In this document: piece by piece, positions 9,098 to 20,388 of the stretch | How the letters are laid out: every line of letters starts with the position of its first letter | How positions within the stretch are numbered: position 1 is the stretch's first letter | Virus record (IMG/VR): IMGVR_UViG_3300035181_000377 | Coordinates: 2,828-66,827 of that record | Origin: a virus | Reading direction: 5' to 3' (one strand) | DNA length: 64,000 nt | Translations under genes and position numbers: made by a program | The notes under the pieces: model-generated | What the model saw: only the letters and a program-made list of their open reading frames with translations | Databases searched by the model: none | Told to the model about the DNA's origin: nothing

Positions 9098-11395
9098 CTA
9101 ATTTCCTTCTGTAGCATTAGAACCATGGAATGGCCCAGTCATCAATCTAAATAAGCCAGTATTACTTAACATACTACTCCACTTAGCTGACGATGTCATT
9201 TCATCTAATCTCTTCTTATACTTAGCCATTTTCAATCTAGCTTTAGGCCACCAATATATTTGTGAATATACGTCTTGCCCAGCTAACACAGCTAAGTAAT
9301 CATAAAGAATATTATCTTCGTCAATAGCAGCATTAAAGTTAAACATACCGCCTGATGAAATAGGCATGTGCATTATGGAAGATAAGTCAACAATGCTAAA
9401 CGATACATCAATAGCCATCGCATTACCTGTCCTAGTGAATCCTAAGTTACTAGTACCGCGAGTAATAGAAACAGACTCGATCATACCAGTTTGAATTTGA
9501 CATCTACCTCTATCAAATAACTGTACTATGAATGGACTAGTATAGGAAGATCTACCTGTAGACAATGGTAATGAACCTGCCATAATCATACATAACGGTA
9601 TATAGATATTTTGTAATTGTGATATAGCATTACCATATGGACTAATTAACTGAATATTATAATTAGCTCTAGGTAGTGTAGCGTTAGAACTTTGCCAGTG
9701 TTTAGGTATGTCAATAAAGCCTTCACCTAACAAACCTTTAATAGCATCTGATACACCCATTGTTAAACCAGATAATGCACCTGTTAATACATCGGCACCA
9801 AGATCAAGAGCTGCGCCAGCTACTGCACCAACTGCACCACCTACTAAGTTACCATTAGCAAAAGTAAATCTAGCTTCTCTAGCAGTAGAACTTAATCCAT
9901 TTAGGTTAGTAGATATATCGCTCTCTACTACAGAGTTACCAAAAGCTTCAGATACAGATCCTGTACTATCTACTCTAAAAGTGGCAAACATAGAACCATC
10001 GCTTAATTCAGCTTCTAAGAATATCTTTAAGTTAGAATAGAACTCACCTAATCCAGTTGCAGCATTTTTAGCAGCTGCTGCAGCAGCATCTGCTGGGTTA
10101 GCGACTATATCATCGTAACTAAGTCCATTAGCTACGTTAGATCTTTGAGTACCATCGGCATTAAAGAATATACCTTGAGCACCTTGTATAGTTGTAGCAG
10201 TATCAGTAGGAGTAGCTGTTTTAGCTGGTGTAGTTGGTGCTGCCGTTCCACCTTCAGCTGGTGGAGCTGATTCTATAGGTAATGGTGGTCTAGGCTCAGC
10301 AGCACTATTATCATTATAATACAAAGTACTCTTACCAAGTCTCTGAATTATATTTGCTAACGAGTGCTCACCTCTAGGGTCTGCTAATGAATCACTAGTT
10401 GTTTTAAAGTCTACACCTAATTGACTTTTTTTAGACACTTCATCAAAGTTATCATAGTCCTGCGTAAATAAGACGTTAGCCATACGTTGCGCTCTATTAG
10501 CTATGGCATAAACATCTATCGCTCTATCAGCAGTAAATAAATCTGGCATCATTTCTGATAATGTGTCTAAACTATCTTGATCTAGATTTAATTTAGTATT
10601 TATTTTTTGATCAGCTGGTATGCTAGGATCAGAATTAGGATTTGAAAATATCCTAGGTAATATACCCATATTCACTGCTAAGTTATTTACTAATGAGTTT
10701 ACTGTGGACCAATATAAAGGCATCGTTGGTTTAAGTTTATAAAATTTAGAATTAGCGCCAGTTACAAACTGTGATAAAAACTGTCCACCGATTAGCATCA
10801 TACTGGCAATAGGAAATGCACTAAAAGATACCGCTGCACCTATTCCTTCTGCTATTTTATAAATTAAACCATTACCACTACCTGTTCTAGCTAATGAACT
10901 TACACCAGAATCAAATGCACCCATTAAGAAGTTACTTAAAGAGTTATATTCAGGTACACCAAATCTTAAGAAAATAGTTTGTGCATTATCGTCTATAGAT
11001 TCACTATAGTATCTACCCATACCGTAATCGCCATTACCTTGATCTAAAGTTACATCTGAACGATTAGATATTCTACCTTTTACACGAATATCGCTATATG
11101 GGCAAAACTGTGGTCTAGCATTAATGCCTATACTACCACCCATACGTGTATCTGTAAACTTATCATTAGCACTTGACCATGTTCTATTTAAAATCAAGTT
11201 AGGGTCTGCTAATGTAATATCGCTAATCATGAACGCCTGCTGTAACCATTTATTATCTAAAGTTACGTCGATATTTTCTACTACCAAAGAGCTATTAGTT
11301 TTTACTAATGGTGGTTGATCATTAGCTATTGCACTTTGTGCATTACCACTAATAACTTGTGTACCGTGAAATGTATCTAATGCTATACCAGCCAT
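9098..11395 (-). CDS. Virion tail/baseplate protein (phiKZ gp182-like)
   Basis: KFTDTRMGG, GMGRYYSE, LRFGVPEYNSL, IDIPKHW, SITRGTSN motifs; lies next to the gp181-like gene. Confidence 0.7.
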   Translation of the reverse strand: MAGIALDTFHGTQVISGNAQSAIANDQPPLVKTNSSLVVENIDVTLDNKWLQQAFMISDITLADPNLILNRTWSSANDKFTDTRMGGSIGINARPQFCPYSDIRVKGRISNRSDVTLDQGNGDYGMGRYYSESIDDNAQTIFLRFGVPEYNSLSNFLMGAFDSGVSSLARTGSGNGLIYKIAEGIGAAVSFSAFPIASMMLIGGQFLSQFVTGANSKFYKLKPTMPLYWSTVNSLVNNLAVNMGILPRIFSNPNSDPSIPADQKINTKLNLDQDSLDTLSEMMPDLFTADRAIDVYAIANRAQRMANVLFTQDYDNFDEVSKKSQLGVDFKTTSDSLADPRGEHSLANIIQRLGKSTLYYNDNSAAEPRPPLPIESAPPAEGGTAAPTTPAKTATPTDTATTIQGAQGIFFNADGTQRSNVANGLSYDDIVANPADAAAAAAKNAATGLGEFYSNLKIFLEAELSDGSMFATFRVDSTGSVSEAFGNSVVESDISTNLNGLSSTAREARFTFANGNLVGGAVGAVAGAALDLGADVLTGALSGLTMGVSDAIKGLLGEGFIDIPKHWQSSNATLPRANYNIQLISPYGNAISQLQNIYIPLCMIMAGSLPLSTGRSSYTSPFIVQLFDRGRCQIQTGMIESVSITRGTSNLGFTRTGNAMAIDVSFSIVDLSSIMHMPISSGGMFNFNAAIDEDNILYDYLAVLAGQDVYSQIYWWPKARLKMAKYKKRLDEMTSSAKWSSMLSNTGLFRLMTGPFHGSNATEGN

Positions 11396-11451
11396 AATTA
11401 ATTTCCTTTTAAATTGTTATTACTCAAATCATATCCATTTATAAAACTTAT

Positions 11452-11483
11452 TACATAGACAGTGATTGCTCACTGTCTATGTA
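11452..11483 (-). terminator. Terminator hairpin
   Basis: TACATAGACAGTGA-ttgc-TCACTGTCTATGTA just after the large tail gene. Confidence 0.7.
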
Positions 11484-11490
11484 GTTTTTA

Positions 11491-14400
11491 TTATGTCATC
11501 ACTCTTCTCATACTTACTGCTGAGTTTGGAACACTACTAGGCGCAGCTTTAGGTGTTTGTGGTACACTAGGTTGCGGTGCAACTGAACCACCTACTGCTT
11601 TTTTAATAGCGTCTCCAATAGAGGCTAAATTCTCAGGACTAACATTGGTTAATATCTTATTAAGAACACCAAGTATCTGAGTTTGTATATTTAGAGAGTC
11701 TCCTAATACTTTATCTACATTACCTAAACCATTATTACCACTTTGGTTTGGAGTAGGTGTAGATGCAGCAACAGGTGCAGCAGTACTTGCCACGCTAACA
11801 TTACTATTTTTAGTAGTAAGTCCCATTGAAGGCGGTTTAGATAAATCACCACCTTTCGTAGGCGCAGCTACTGTTCCTGGTATTCTAGGAGAAGCAGCAG
11901 CAATACCACCAGCATTATTACCTTTAGTATCTTTAGATGCAGTAGTAGCGCTTACAGCGTTTCCTGACTGTACATTAACACCAAAGGCTCTAGACTTAAC
12001 CTGTATTCTATTATTAATCAATGAATATATCTCACCAATAGTTCTAGCTCGAGTACCTTCAAAGAAAATTTCTCTATTAGCAGACGCTGCCTTAGGAAAT
12101 AAATTAGCGCCTATTCCATCCGAAGGAGCTTTCAAGAAAGCTTTGGCACCACTAGGTCCTAAGAAATGCGCTAAGTATAAATCGGTTACAGTAGGATTAT
12201 CTACACTACCTCTTAGCGCATTAGCATTAGCTTTCATATATTCACCAGCTATTAACGTACTAGCCATTGGATCTAAAGGAGAAGCATTTTTATCTAGTCC
12301 ATGTTTAGGACCATACTTACTTAGCATTTCATCCCATGTACCGTTGGTGAACTGATATAATCCACTAGCACTACTACCACCAGCTCTAGCATTAGGATTC
12401 ATACTAGATTCTACAGCAGCGAATGCTTGCATAGCTTGAGGATCAAAACCAGCTTTATCTGATACCTTAGTAATTAATGATTTTACTTCAGTAGGACTAT
12501 TTACTGTTCCTACCGCACTCATATTTTCTAATTTACCTAAACCACCTGGCTCAGCTTCTTTAAAGTCTACAACTTTAGAAGACGCTCTATTAGCAGCGAT
12601 ATTAGCACCAATAGTGGCTTTTTGTGCAGCGGGTAAAGCACCAACATTAGCAACGGTAGTACTTTTAAATACTGGAGTATTTTCATTACTTGTTGATGAA
12701 TTAGTAGTGGTGCCTGGTATAGTAGATGGTTTTAAATTATCTGGTTTAGAATGTTCAACTGCAATAGCACTAAATTCTTCATCCCACAATGATACAGCTA
12801 GTGGCATATTTCTATGTCCTTTAGCTGTGCCAGGTATGGAACCAAATCCACCACCACCTTTACCTATTGAGCTAGCAATAAGTTCACTAGCTAAGTTAGC
12901 ATCTTTTTTAGCACCTTCTACGTTACCCTGCATGGCAGCTGCTTCCATATGCCAAGTTTCTCCACCAACGGGTCTAGTGAAACCATACTTACGCATTAAT
13001 CCCATTTTATCTAAAGCATCTAAGTCAGAACTATTTATATCTAAAGCTAAACCAAACTCATGTGGAGAGTTACCAGGAGCTGCAGCACCTGCACCAAGTT
13101 TGGATTTCAAGGCTTTCTGTTGCTCTAAAGTTCTAAAGCCATCAGTAACTAAAATAGACTTACCTGTAGTAGTACCATACTCTTCAGCCATAGCTTTAAA
13201 GTTCTGTAAGAAAGCAGGATTTAACTGATCTATACTTACACCTTTAGCTAAACTAATATACTGGCTACCATTATTTCCACTAGCCATAGCACCTGTAGCT
13301 AATGGTATCTTACCACCAGTCATTCTAGTGCTAGCACCAGCTGCTCCACCAGCCATTCCTGCAGCTGGTTTACCTTCAGAATCAGTTGGTTTATTAACGT
13401 CACCATTAGCTGCTTTATTAGCAGCCGCTGTAGCTGCTGCAGCTGCACCAGCAGCGGGTAATTTAGGCGACAGAGCTTTATCTAATTTACCAGCGTTCTT
13501 ATCTATAGACGCTAATGGCACATTTAATTTCTTAGCTAAAGATTTTTCATCATCTAAATTTTTCTTTAATGGACCTAATACTTTATCTATCGCTACCTGA
13601 ACATCACTCTTATCAGCGAATAACTTAGGTACATCTACGAAAGGTGAATTCCGTATATCGTAAGGACCATCAGGAAATGAAATAGCTTTTACGTATTCTG
13701 CTTTTTGATCATTAGGTAATTTATCTACGTCTTTTAATTTAGCTTTAGGATCAATTCCATTCAACACAGTTAAGTGAGTAAAGAATATTCTTCTAAAACG
13801 TTGATTATACCAGTTACCAAAGTTTAATACTTGTTCAGCATTATCTTTATCTATACCAAATATATCGTACCATTCTTGGAAATTAACTTTAGGTTGATCG
13901 AGCTGTACAAGCTTATTAACAACTTTAGTAGTTTCCATTAATTTATCTTCGAAAGCAAAAATTAAATGATACTGGCTTTTATTTTTTTCTGTTAAACCAT
14001 ATTGTCTTAGGCGGATGTCCGTAGTATCGTCGGTGTTATTACGCATTAAGTATTTACCAGCGTACCAAAGAGCAGTACCTGCTAGTAGTAAACCTCCTAT
14101 AGGTGCTGTCGCTATACCTAATAATCCAGCAGCAGCTATACCCAATACTCTCATACCTACTTGTAAACCTATTCTAGTAGCTAATTTAGTAGCGCCCCAA
14201 ACAGCAGCACGTACACCGGCTTTTTCAGCAGCTTGTACGGCTACTTTTTCACCAGCTACTTGAGCACCTTTAGCTAAAGCTCTACTAGCTAATTTCTCAG
14301 TAGCATATGCCATAACGCCATTAACCAAACCACCTAAGGCGCCTTTAATACCACCGAGTATACCTTTAGCTTTATCTAATAAAGTATCTACCACATTTTT

Positions 14401-17400
14401 ACTGCCCTTATACTTAGCAGATAAATCAGCAGTAGCTCTTTTCTTACTATCTTCTATTTTCTTACGTTCAGCTAATTGAGCTAATAAGCTACTAGCATTA
14501 CCAATTCTAGTACCGTCTTTATTTTTATGCGTAGACGCATCTTCATTAGCTAAATTATTACTACCTCTTGATACTTGGTTATAAGTGTATTTGCCTTCAT
14601 CGGCGTGTGCGGCTTCTTGTTCACCGTGGTCTGTAGTATGAACGTCTTTCTCTTCACCATCCTGACCGCCACCAAACATTCCACCCAACATACCCATACC
14701 AGCGCTAGCAATACCTTTGAATTTACCGCCAAGCATTCCTACAAGTTTTCCACCTCTAGAATTACTTAACCAAGATGCAGCTCTACCTATTTTACCATTA
14801 CCTAACCACCCACCAGCTGTAGTTGGTGCAGAAGCTGGACCATATGTAGCATCAATGCGTTTAGAGAAAGCACCGAAGCCACCATCTTGTTGACGCTGAT
14901 ACACACCAGTATTAGGATTAAATACTGGAGCGTTAGGATTGTTAGGAGTACCATTAAACATATTCTTTAAAGAATTAAATGCACTTCCACCAGCACCTTT
15001 AAGAGATGATAATATACCTTTCTTCTTAATGCCTTCAGCAATGCTTTTGGCTTTATCTTTAAGTTTAGCTTTCTTAAGTTTCTCTTTACCTTGAGCCATG
15101 ACCTTTTTAAGTTTGTCTTTGCCTTTAGTAACAATCTCAGAATTAAGAACCGATTTACCACTACCAGAAACAGCATGAGCTATACTAGACATGGCAGAAG
15201 AAGGACCAGGTCCTATATCGGCATATTCAGTAGGCTCACCTTCTAATCTAGTATTTAAAGTATCTCTAATCTGTATTAAAAGATTTACTACTCGCTCATC
15301 TTTACCACTACCACCAATGCCGCTGGCAATATCTTTAAAGAAATTTCTGAATGATTCAAATAAAGGTTTCTCTTTACCTTTAACAGAATTAAATAACTTA
15401 ATGGCGGAATCTTTTACAAAGTTAAAACCCACTACAGTCTTAGCTACCATGAATCTAGCTAGCTTACTTAAGTTAGATCTTATCTCATCACCATTTTTAT
15501 CTACTAGACCTTTATTTAAACCATCTTGGGATAATACTACGTTTCCTTCATGATCAATTACAGGACCTTTAATGTCAGTACCTTTCTTAAGTATCTTTCC
15601 AGTTAACTGATCAGCATATCCACCAGCTTTTAATACGGTGGCGTATAACACTGGTGTAGTTTCACCTTTGATATAAACATCGGTTACTGGATTAATTAAA
15701 TCAGATACTAAATCTTTAGCTGCACCTAATTGTTTATGTGCAAAGTCAGATAGTCCAGGTATTTTATTATCTAATAAATCATTAGCTGCGCGTTTAGCTA
15801 AGTCATAAGTCTTTCCTAATAGTTCAGAACCATCAGCAAATAACTTTCCACCTAATTCTTTAACAGCATCTTTATGGTCGTTTATAAAGTCTTTAGCTTT
15901 ATCAAAACCAGTAGAAGCTTTACCTTTAGCAGCGTGAACAGTATCTAATATAAAAGCAGTAGCTCTAGCAGCTAAAGCAGCAGCATTACCTGCCATAGTT
16001 TTATGTCCACGGTTAGCAAATGCTCTAAGCTTTCTACCAGTTCTAGAACCTTTAGCTTTATCTTTTAAATGAATAGCTTTACTTTTTAATTTTGAAAAGC
16101 CTGATTCTTGATGAGGTCCTACAAAAGAGTCTGGATCAAAATCTTCACCTTCTTCTTCAGTGTGTTTTCTAGTGAAGAAAGATTTTAGTGTGTCACTTAA
16201 ACTCATTTTAGATAACTTGTTCTTTAACTTACCAGCAATAGAACCAAATAAACCTGATCTAATTTCTTCAAGTTTATCTACAATTCTATCAGCAGCAGTT
16301 TTTATATCAGAACTCTTACCACCTTTACCGCGCTTCTTTAATTTATCTTGTTCTTTAGCTAACTCTCCAATGGCTGCCATGTTAGTACCGTTTAAACTAA
16401 CTAGGTCTATCTTTTTACCATCTGGAGCAACATCGTCACCAAAACTCTTTTGTAAGTCTTGAGCCATAGGTCCAATATGCTTATCGTCATCTTCATTTCT
16501 AGATTTCTTATAGCCCCATTTAGTGACAGCTAATTTCTTCATCTTACCTAGAATACCTCTAGGATCAAATTTAGAAAAGTTCTCTTTAGCTTCTCTATCA
16601 GAAGTAGCATAACCAGACTTAGATATACCATAGCTACCTTCAGATACGTCTCTGTAGGCATCTTTGTATTTGCTATCAGAAGGTCTACCGCCACTAGCAT
16701 ACATTTTACCAATAGCGTCAGTATCTACAGATAAACTACCATCTCTACCAATCTTAACAAATCCTGAATTAATAGCAGCTTCTCTATCTCCAGTATCTAT
16801 TAATTTTTGTATTTTAGCTTGCAGGTTATTAATCTTACTTCTTACTTCATTGTGACTTTCCTGCACTTTTCTATTATAGCGAATGTCATTAGCAGTACCA
16901 TCTTCATGTTTACCACCACCTGCTTTTGTTAATAACTTTCTAATTTTATCAACAGCTGTTTTATCTAAACCTTTATGGTACTTAGAATTAGTATAATCTT
17001 CTAAAGTACCTAATGAGTCAGGGTCTCGTAATATTTGTTCTTGTATATCGGATAGTGTTTGTTTTTCAGAAGTAGATAATTTACCTTTAATTTTAGTTTC
17101 TACAGTTTTAAAAAAATCTTTTCTAGCACGACCATAGCTACCAATATCCATTTCTTTAGTTAGCTGTCTTTTAATGGTTTTATCGTGCTCCTTACTAGGT
17201 ATAAATTTATTACCAGTATGATTAAATGCTAGCAATTCTGGCATAGCACCATTTACCTTTGGAGACACGGCTTGTAAAATTCTAGCTAAATATCCAGGGA
17301 TTATAGTAGTAATACTTTTCTTTGTTAGATTATCAAACACAGCATTTTGATTTAGATCTGATAATGCACCATTTAAAGTAGTGGTAGATTCTAAGCTAGT

Positions 17401-18699
17401 TTTGGTTTTATCATCTTTAGCATTCTCTAAAAAGAATCTAGCAAAACCTTTAAACATATTAGCAAACATGCTATTGCCATCTTCTAATTTATCTGACTTA
17501 GCCCACTTAGCAGCAGTGCCTTGCACGTTATTAGCCGCCATAGTAGCTTTATTAAAAAATCTATCAGTCTTACTACCTTTAACTACAAATTTATCTACTA
17601 GCTTCTTCATAGCTTTATTGAGTAGATATTCACCACCCATATTACCAGCTATTTCCGATCCAAACGCTAGTTTACCTTCACCACCATTTTCTGGATCAGC
17701 CATAGAGTTCATCATTTCAAAGCCTGATAAACCTTGCATGGCAGCGTCTTTATATCTATCTATTTTTTCTTTAACTGCAGCACCAACTTTTTTAAAGGCA
17801 TTATTAATTGCGCTACCATTACCAAATAACTTAGCATTGGCTTTTTCAATTAGATTAGTTCTTGCCATTTCTTTAAAACGTTCAGAATCTCTTAATTTTA
17901 AGAAGTCGGGTAATCCAGTATTTTTAGCTATTGCATCCTGTTGTAGTTTAAATATCTCTGAATATTTTTTAGTTGTCTCTAATAAATCAGACTGAACATA
18001 ATAACTTCTTAATTGTAGCTCTAAAGATTTCTTTTGATACGCGGCATTAACTCTATCATTATACTGCGATAGTCTATTTAAACTTAAATTAATAGAACTC
18101 AATATAGCAGTGGATTCTTGATGCCTATTGGCGCCTAGTTTATCTCTAATAGAATCAGCAGCTCTATCACGCGCTTTTTCATTATTATCATTCTCAGCAG
18201 TAGCTGTAAAAATTTCTGCTAATGTGCTTTGAATACCACCTTCTCTTAATTGTTCTGCACTAGGTCCAGTAGTATCGTCAGAAGAAGATAAATCTTTTAA
18301 TCTTTTAACAAAACCTTTAGTACGTTTTAATTCTTCAGGTACTAGCTTATCTATTTCTTTAAATACTTTGTGTGCCGTAGGTTTTATTGATTTTACAGAG
18401 TCATTGTATAGTGTGGATACATTACTTGTTATGTCATCAACAGCATCAAAAGCTACACCGTATTCAGAAGGGAGTGCTTTCTTTACAGCGCTAGTGATGG
18501 ACCTTGGATTAGTCGTCGTGCTGGCTACACCACCTACTACACCTTTAAATACAGTAGATACTGGTTTTCTATCTTTCTTTTTGACGCTTTCATCAGCCAT
18601 GCTATCAATATCGTCAAAATTAAACTCATCCATATCAACTATATCTAAGTCATTTTTACTCTTAGATTCTAGTTTTGTACTTTTACCTTTTGTCGCCAT
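11491..18699 (-). CDS. Tape measure / tail-associated lysin (phiKZ gp181-like) with S74 chaperone, M15 peptidase and lytic transglycosylase domains
   Basis: 2402 aa; YQKKSLELQ and ITTIIPGYLARIL N-terminal motifs; SPHEFGLALD...ETWHME (M15); VESSMNPNA...SASGLYQF...YLAHFLG (SLT); SDREAKEN...HIGPMAQD (S74). Confidence 0.85.
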   Translation of the reverse strand: MATKGKSTKLESKSKNDLDIVDMDEFNFDDIDSMADESVKKKDRKPVSTVFKGVVGGVASTTTNPRSITSAVKKALPSEYGVAFDAVDDITSNVSTLYNDSVKSIKPTAHKVFKEIDKLVPEELKRTKGFVKRLKDLSSSDDTTGPSAEQLREGGIQSTLAEIFTATAENDNNEKARDRAADSIRDKLGANRHQESTAILSSINLSLNRLSQYNDRVNAAYQKKSLELQLRSYYVQSDLLETTKKYSEIFKLQQDAIAKNTGLPDFLKLRDSERFKEMARTNLIEKANAKLFGNGSAINNAFKKVGAAVKEKIDRYKDAAMQGLSGFEMMNSMADPENGGEGKLAFGSEIAGNMGGEYLLNKAMKKLVDKFVVKGSKTDRFFNKATMAANNVQGTAAKWAKSDKLEDGNSMFANMFKGFARFFLENAKDDKTKTSLESTTTLNGALSDLNQNAVFDNLTKKSITTIIPGYLARILQAVSPKVNGAMPELLAFNHTGNKFIPSKEHDKTIKRQLTKEMDIGSYGRARKDFFKTVETKIKGKLSTSEKQTLSDIQEQILRDPDSLGTLEDYTNSKYHKGLDKTAVDKIRKLLTKAGGGKHEDGTANDIRYNRKVQESHNEVRSKINNLQAKIQKLIDTGDREAAINSGFVKIGRDGSLSVDTDAIGKMYASGGRPSDSKYKDAYRDVSEGSYGISKSGYATSDREAKENFSKFDPRGILGKMKKLAVTKWGYKKSRNEDDDKHIGPMAQDLQKSFGDDVAPDGKKIDLVSLNGTNMAAIGELAKEQDKLKKRGKGGKSSDIKTAADRIVDKLEEIRSGLFGSIAGKLKNKLSKMSLSDTLKSFFTRKHTEEEGEDFDPDSFVGPHQESGFSKLKSKAIHLKDKAKGSRTGRKLRAFANRGHKTMAGNAAALAARATAFILDTVHAAKGKASTGFDKAKDFINDHKDAVKELGGKLFADGSELLGKTYDLAKRAANDLLDNKIPGLSDFAHKQLGAAKDLVSDLINPVTDVYIKGETTPVLYATVLKAGGYADQLTGKILKKGTDIKGPVIDHEGNVVLSQDGLNKGLVDKNGDEIRSNLSKLARFMVAKTVVGFNFVKDSAIKLFNSVKGKEKPLFESFRNFFKDIASGIGGSGKDERVVNLLIQIRDTLNTRLEGEPTEYADIGPGPSSAMSSIAHAVSGSGKSVLNSEIVTKGKDKLKKVMAQGKEKLKKAKLKDKAKSIAEGIKKKGILSSLKGAGGSAFNSLKNMFNGTPNNPNAPVFNPNTGVYQRQQDGGFGAFSKRIDATYGPASAPTTAGGWLGNGKIGRAASWLSNSRGGKLVGMLGGKFKGIASAGMGMLGGMFGGGQDGEEKDVHTTDHGEQEAAHADEGKYTYNQVSRGSNNLANEDASTHKNKDGTRIGNASSLLAQLAERKKIEDSKKRATADLSAKYKGSKNVVDTLLDKAKGILGGIKGALGGLVNGVMAYATEKLASRALAKGAQVAGEKVAVQAAEKAGVRAAVWGATKLATRIGLQVGMRVLGIAAAGLLGIATAPIGGLLLAGTALWYAGKYLMRNNTDDTTDIRLRQYGLTEKNKSQYHLIFAFEDKLMETTKVVNKLVQLDQPKVNFQEWYDIFGIDKDNAEQVLNFGNWYNQRFRRIFFTHLTVLNGIDPKAKLKDVDKLPNDQKAEYVKAISFPDGPYDIRNSPFVDVPKLFADKSDVQVAIDKVLGPLKKNLDDEKSLAKKLNVPLASIDKNAGKLDKALSPKLPAAGAAAAATAAANKAANGDVNKPTDSEGKPAAGMAGGAAGASTRMTGGKIPLATGAMASGNNGSQYISLAKGVSIDQLNPAFLQNFKAMAEEYGTTTGKSILVTDGFRTLEQQKALKSKLGAGAAAPGNSPHEFGLALDINSSDLDALDKMGLMRKYGFTRPVGGETWHMEAAAMQGNVEGAKKDANLASELIASSIGKGGGGFGSIPGTAKGHRNMPLAVSLWDEEFSAIAVEHSKPDNLKPSTIPGTTTNSSTSNENTPVFKSTTVANVGALPAAQKATIGANIAANRASSKVVDFKEAEPGGLGKLENMSAVGTVNSPTEVKSLITKVSDKAGFDPQAMQAFAAVESSMNPNARAGGSSASGLYQFTNGTWDEMLSKYGPKHGLDKNASPLDPMASTLIAGEYMKANANALRGSVDNPTVTDLYLAHFLGPSGAKAFLKAPSDGIGANLFPKAASANREIFFEGTRARTIGEIYSLINNRIQVKSRAFGVNVQSGNAVSATTASKDTKGNNAGGIAAASPRIPGTVAAPTKGGDLSKPPSMGLTTKNSNVSVASTAAPVAASTPTPNQSGNNGLGNVDKVLGDSLNIQTQILGVLNKILTNVSPENLASIGDAIKKAVGGSVAPQPSVPQTPKAAPSSVPNSAVSMRRVMT

Positions 18700-18760
18700 G
18701 GTAACTTCCTCTTAACATTTGTTTAGTCATAGAATTGGCTTATATGGAGTTATAAACACA

Positions 18761-20374
18761 ATGAATGAAAATATTATACCTTTTAATATTGACCTTTTAA
18801 TACTAACGCCAGAAAATACTAAGTTACTAAGACCAGTTACTGTATTAGATATTTTCGATGGCGCTACTAAAAACTTTCACAATGACGGTCTATTTAGTAC
18901 AGCTATATTTGGCCGATATGGTGAAGAAGTTAGGAATAGAACTTTTTCTTATATAGATTTAAAAATAGATATCTTTCATCCAGTTATATTTAAAGCACTC
19001 TGTGATTTAAAAGAACTTTACCATGAAATAATGGCTGGTAAAGGTTATGCTATCTGGGACGATAAGCTTAAAGATTTTGAACGGTCTACACCATTGGATG
19101 GTGAGACTGGATTTAGTTTCTTTATAAAACACTTTAAAGAAATGCAGTTTGAAAAACGACCAAGTACTAAACGCGAATACAATATTAAATTAATTGAAAA
19201 ATTTAAAGATAAATGTTTTATAAGTAAAATAGTTGTATTACCTGCTGGTCTTAGAGATTTTGAAATTGATGATACTGGTAAACCTTCTAAAGATGAAGTA
19301 AATACATTCTATATTAAAGCACTCGCATACAGTAACTTAATCACGCCGGCCTCAATTAAAATTAATCCAGAGTCTATAGATACCACTCGATATAATTTAC
19401 AAGCTAATGTAATGGATTTATTTAATTATATTAAGAATTTATTAGAAGGTAAAAAGAAATTAATTTTAGATAAGTGGGCTGGTCGTAAAATTTTTAATGG
19501 TACGCGAAATGTTATAACTAGCTTAAATAATGATACGACATCTTTAGGTTCAAAAAGAACTGTTAGTTATAATCAAACAGTGATAGGGTTATATCAATAT
19601 TTAAAAGCTAGTTTACCTATAAGTATGTATAAAATAAAAACTGGTTTTATATCTAATGTTTTTATTGGACCCACAGCACCAGCTATGTTGGTTAATAAGA
19701 AAACATTAAAGAAAGAACAAGTAGAAATAAATTCAGATTATTTTGATGACTGGATGTCTGATGAAGGTTTAGAAAAAACAATAACTAGCTTTTCTGAAGA
19801 AACTGATAGACACGCTTATATAACGATAGGTAATCATTACTTAGGATTGATTTATAAAGGTCCTGATATGACTTATAAATTATTTCAAGACATAGATGAT
19901 TTACCATCAACCTTATCTAGAGAATATGTTACACCAATTACTTATGCTGAGTTATTTTACTTATCAGTATTTGATGGATCTGAAAAAAATCCTTTATTGG
20001 TTACACGTTATCCTATCACAGGTTTTGGTAGTATTTATCCTAGTTTCGCATGTATGAAGTCTACAGTAGAATCTGAAACTAGAACTATGTTAGATGATAA
20101 TTGGGTAGAGACAGGGATAGTCGCTATTTCTTTTCCAATTAAAGATGTGCAGTTTGTAAATTCAATCTCACCTCACGCTAGTCATCTTAAAAAATTGGGT
20201 GCTGACTTCGACGGAGATACCGTATCTGCAAATATCTTATTTACAGAAGAGTCAAAAGCTGAAGTTACAAAGTTATTAAAAAGCAAAATTTATTATGTAA
20301 ATGCTTCTAACGAAATGAATTTTAGTGCTAGTTCAGATACAATTAACTATGTATTAAAAAATATAACTGGGTAA
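18761..20374 (+). CDS. Virion RNA polymerase beta' subunit with catalytic motif (phiKZ gp180-like)
   Basis: DGLFSTAIFG, VLPAGLRD, TRYP, GADFDGD; ATG 18761 follows GGAG. Confidence 0.92.
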   Translation: MNENIIPFNIDLLILTPENTKLLRPVTVLDIFDGATKNFHNDGLFSTAIFGRYGEEVRNRTFSYIDLKIDIFHPVIFKALCDLKELYHEIMAGKGYAIWDDKLKDFERSTPLDGETGFSFFIKHFKEMQFEKRPSTKREYNIKLIEKFKDKCFISKIVVLPAGLRDFEIDDTGKPSKDEVNTFYIKALAYSNLITPASIKINPESIDTTRYNLQANVMDLFNYIKNLLEGKKKLILDKWAGRKIFNGTRNVITSLNNDTTSLGSKRTVSYNQTVIGLYQYLKASLPISMYKIKTGFISNVFIGPTAPAMLVNKKTLKKEQVEINSDYFDDWMSDEGLEKTITSFSEETDRHAYITIGNHYLGLIYKGPDMTYKLFQDIDDLPSTLSREYVTPITYAELFYLSVFDGSEKNPLLVTRYPITGFGSIYPSFACMKSTVESETRTMLDDNWVETGIVAISFPIKDVQFVNSISPHASHLKKLGADFDGDTVSANILFTEESKAEVTKLLKSKIYYVNASNEMNFSASSDTINYVLKNITG

Positions 20375-20388
20375 AGGAATATTAAGTT

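Noticed and set aside
12143-18715. Many + strand ORFs opposite the tape measure gene
   Set aside because: Antisense shadows of a long coding strand, without RBSs or recognisable motifs.
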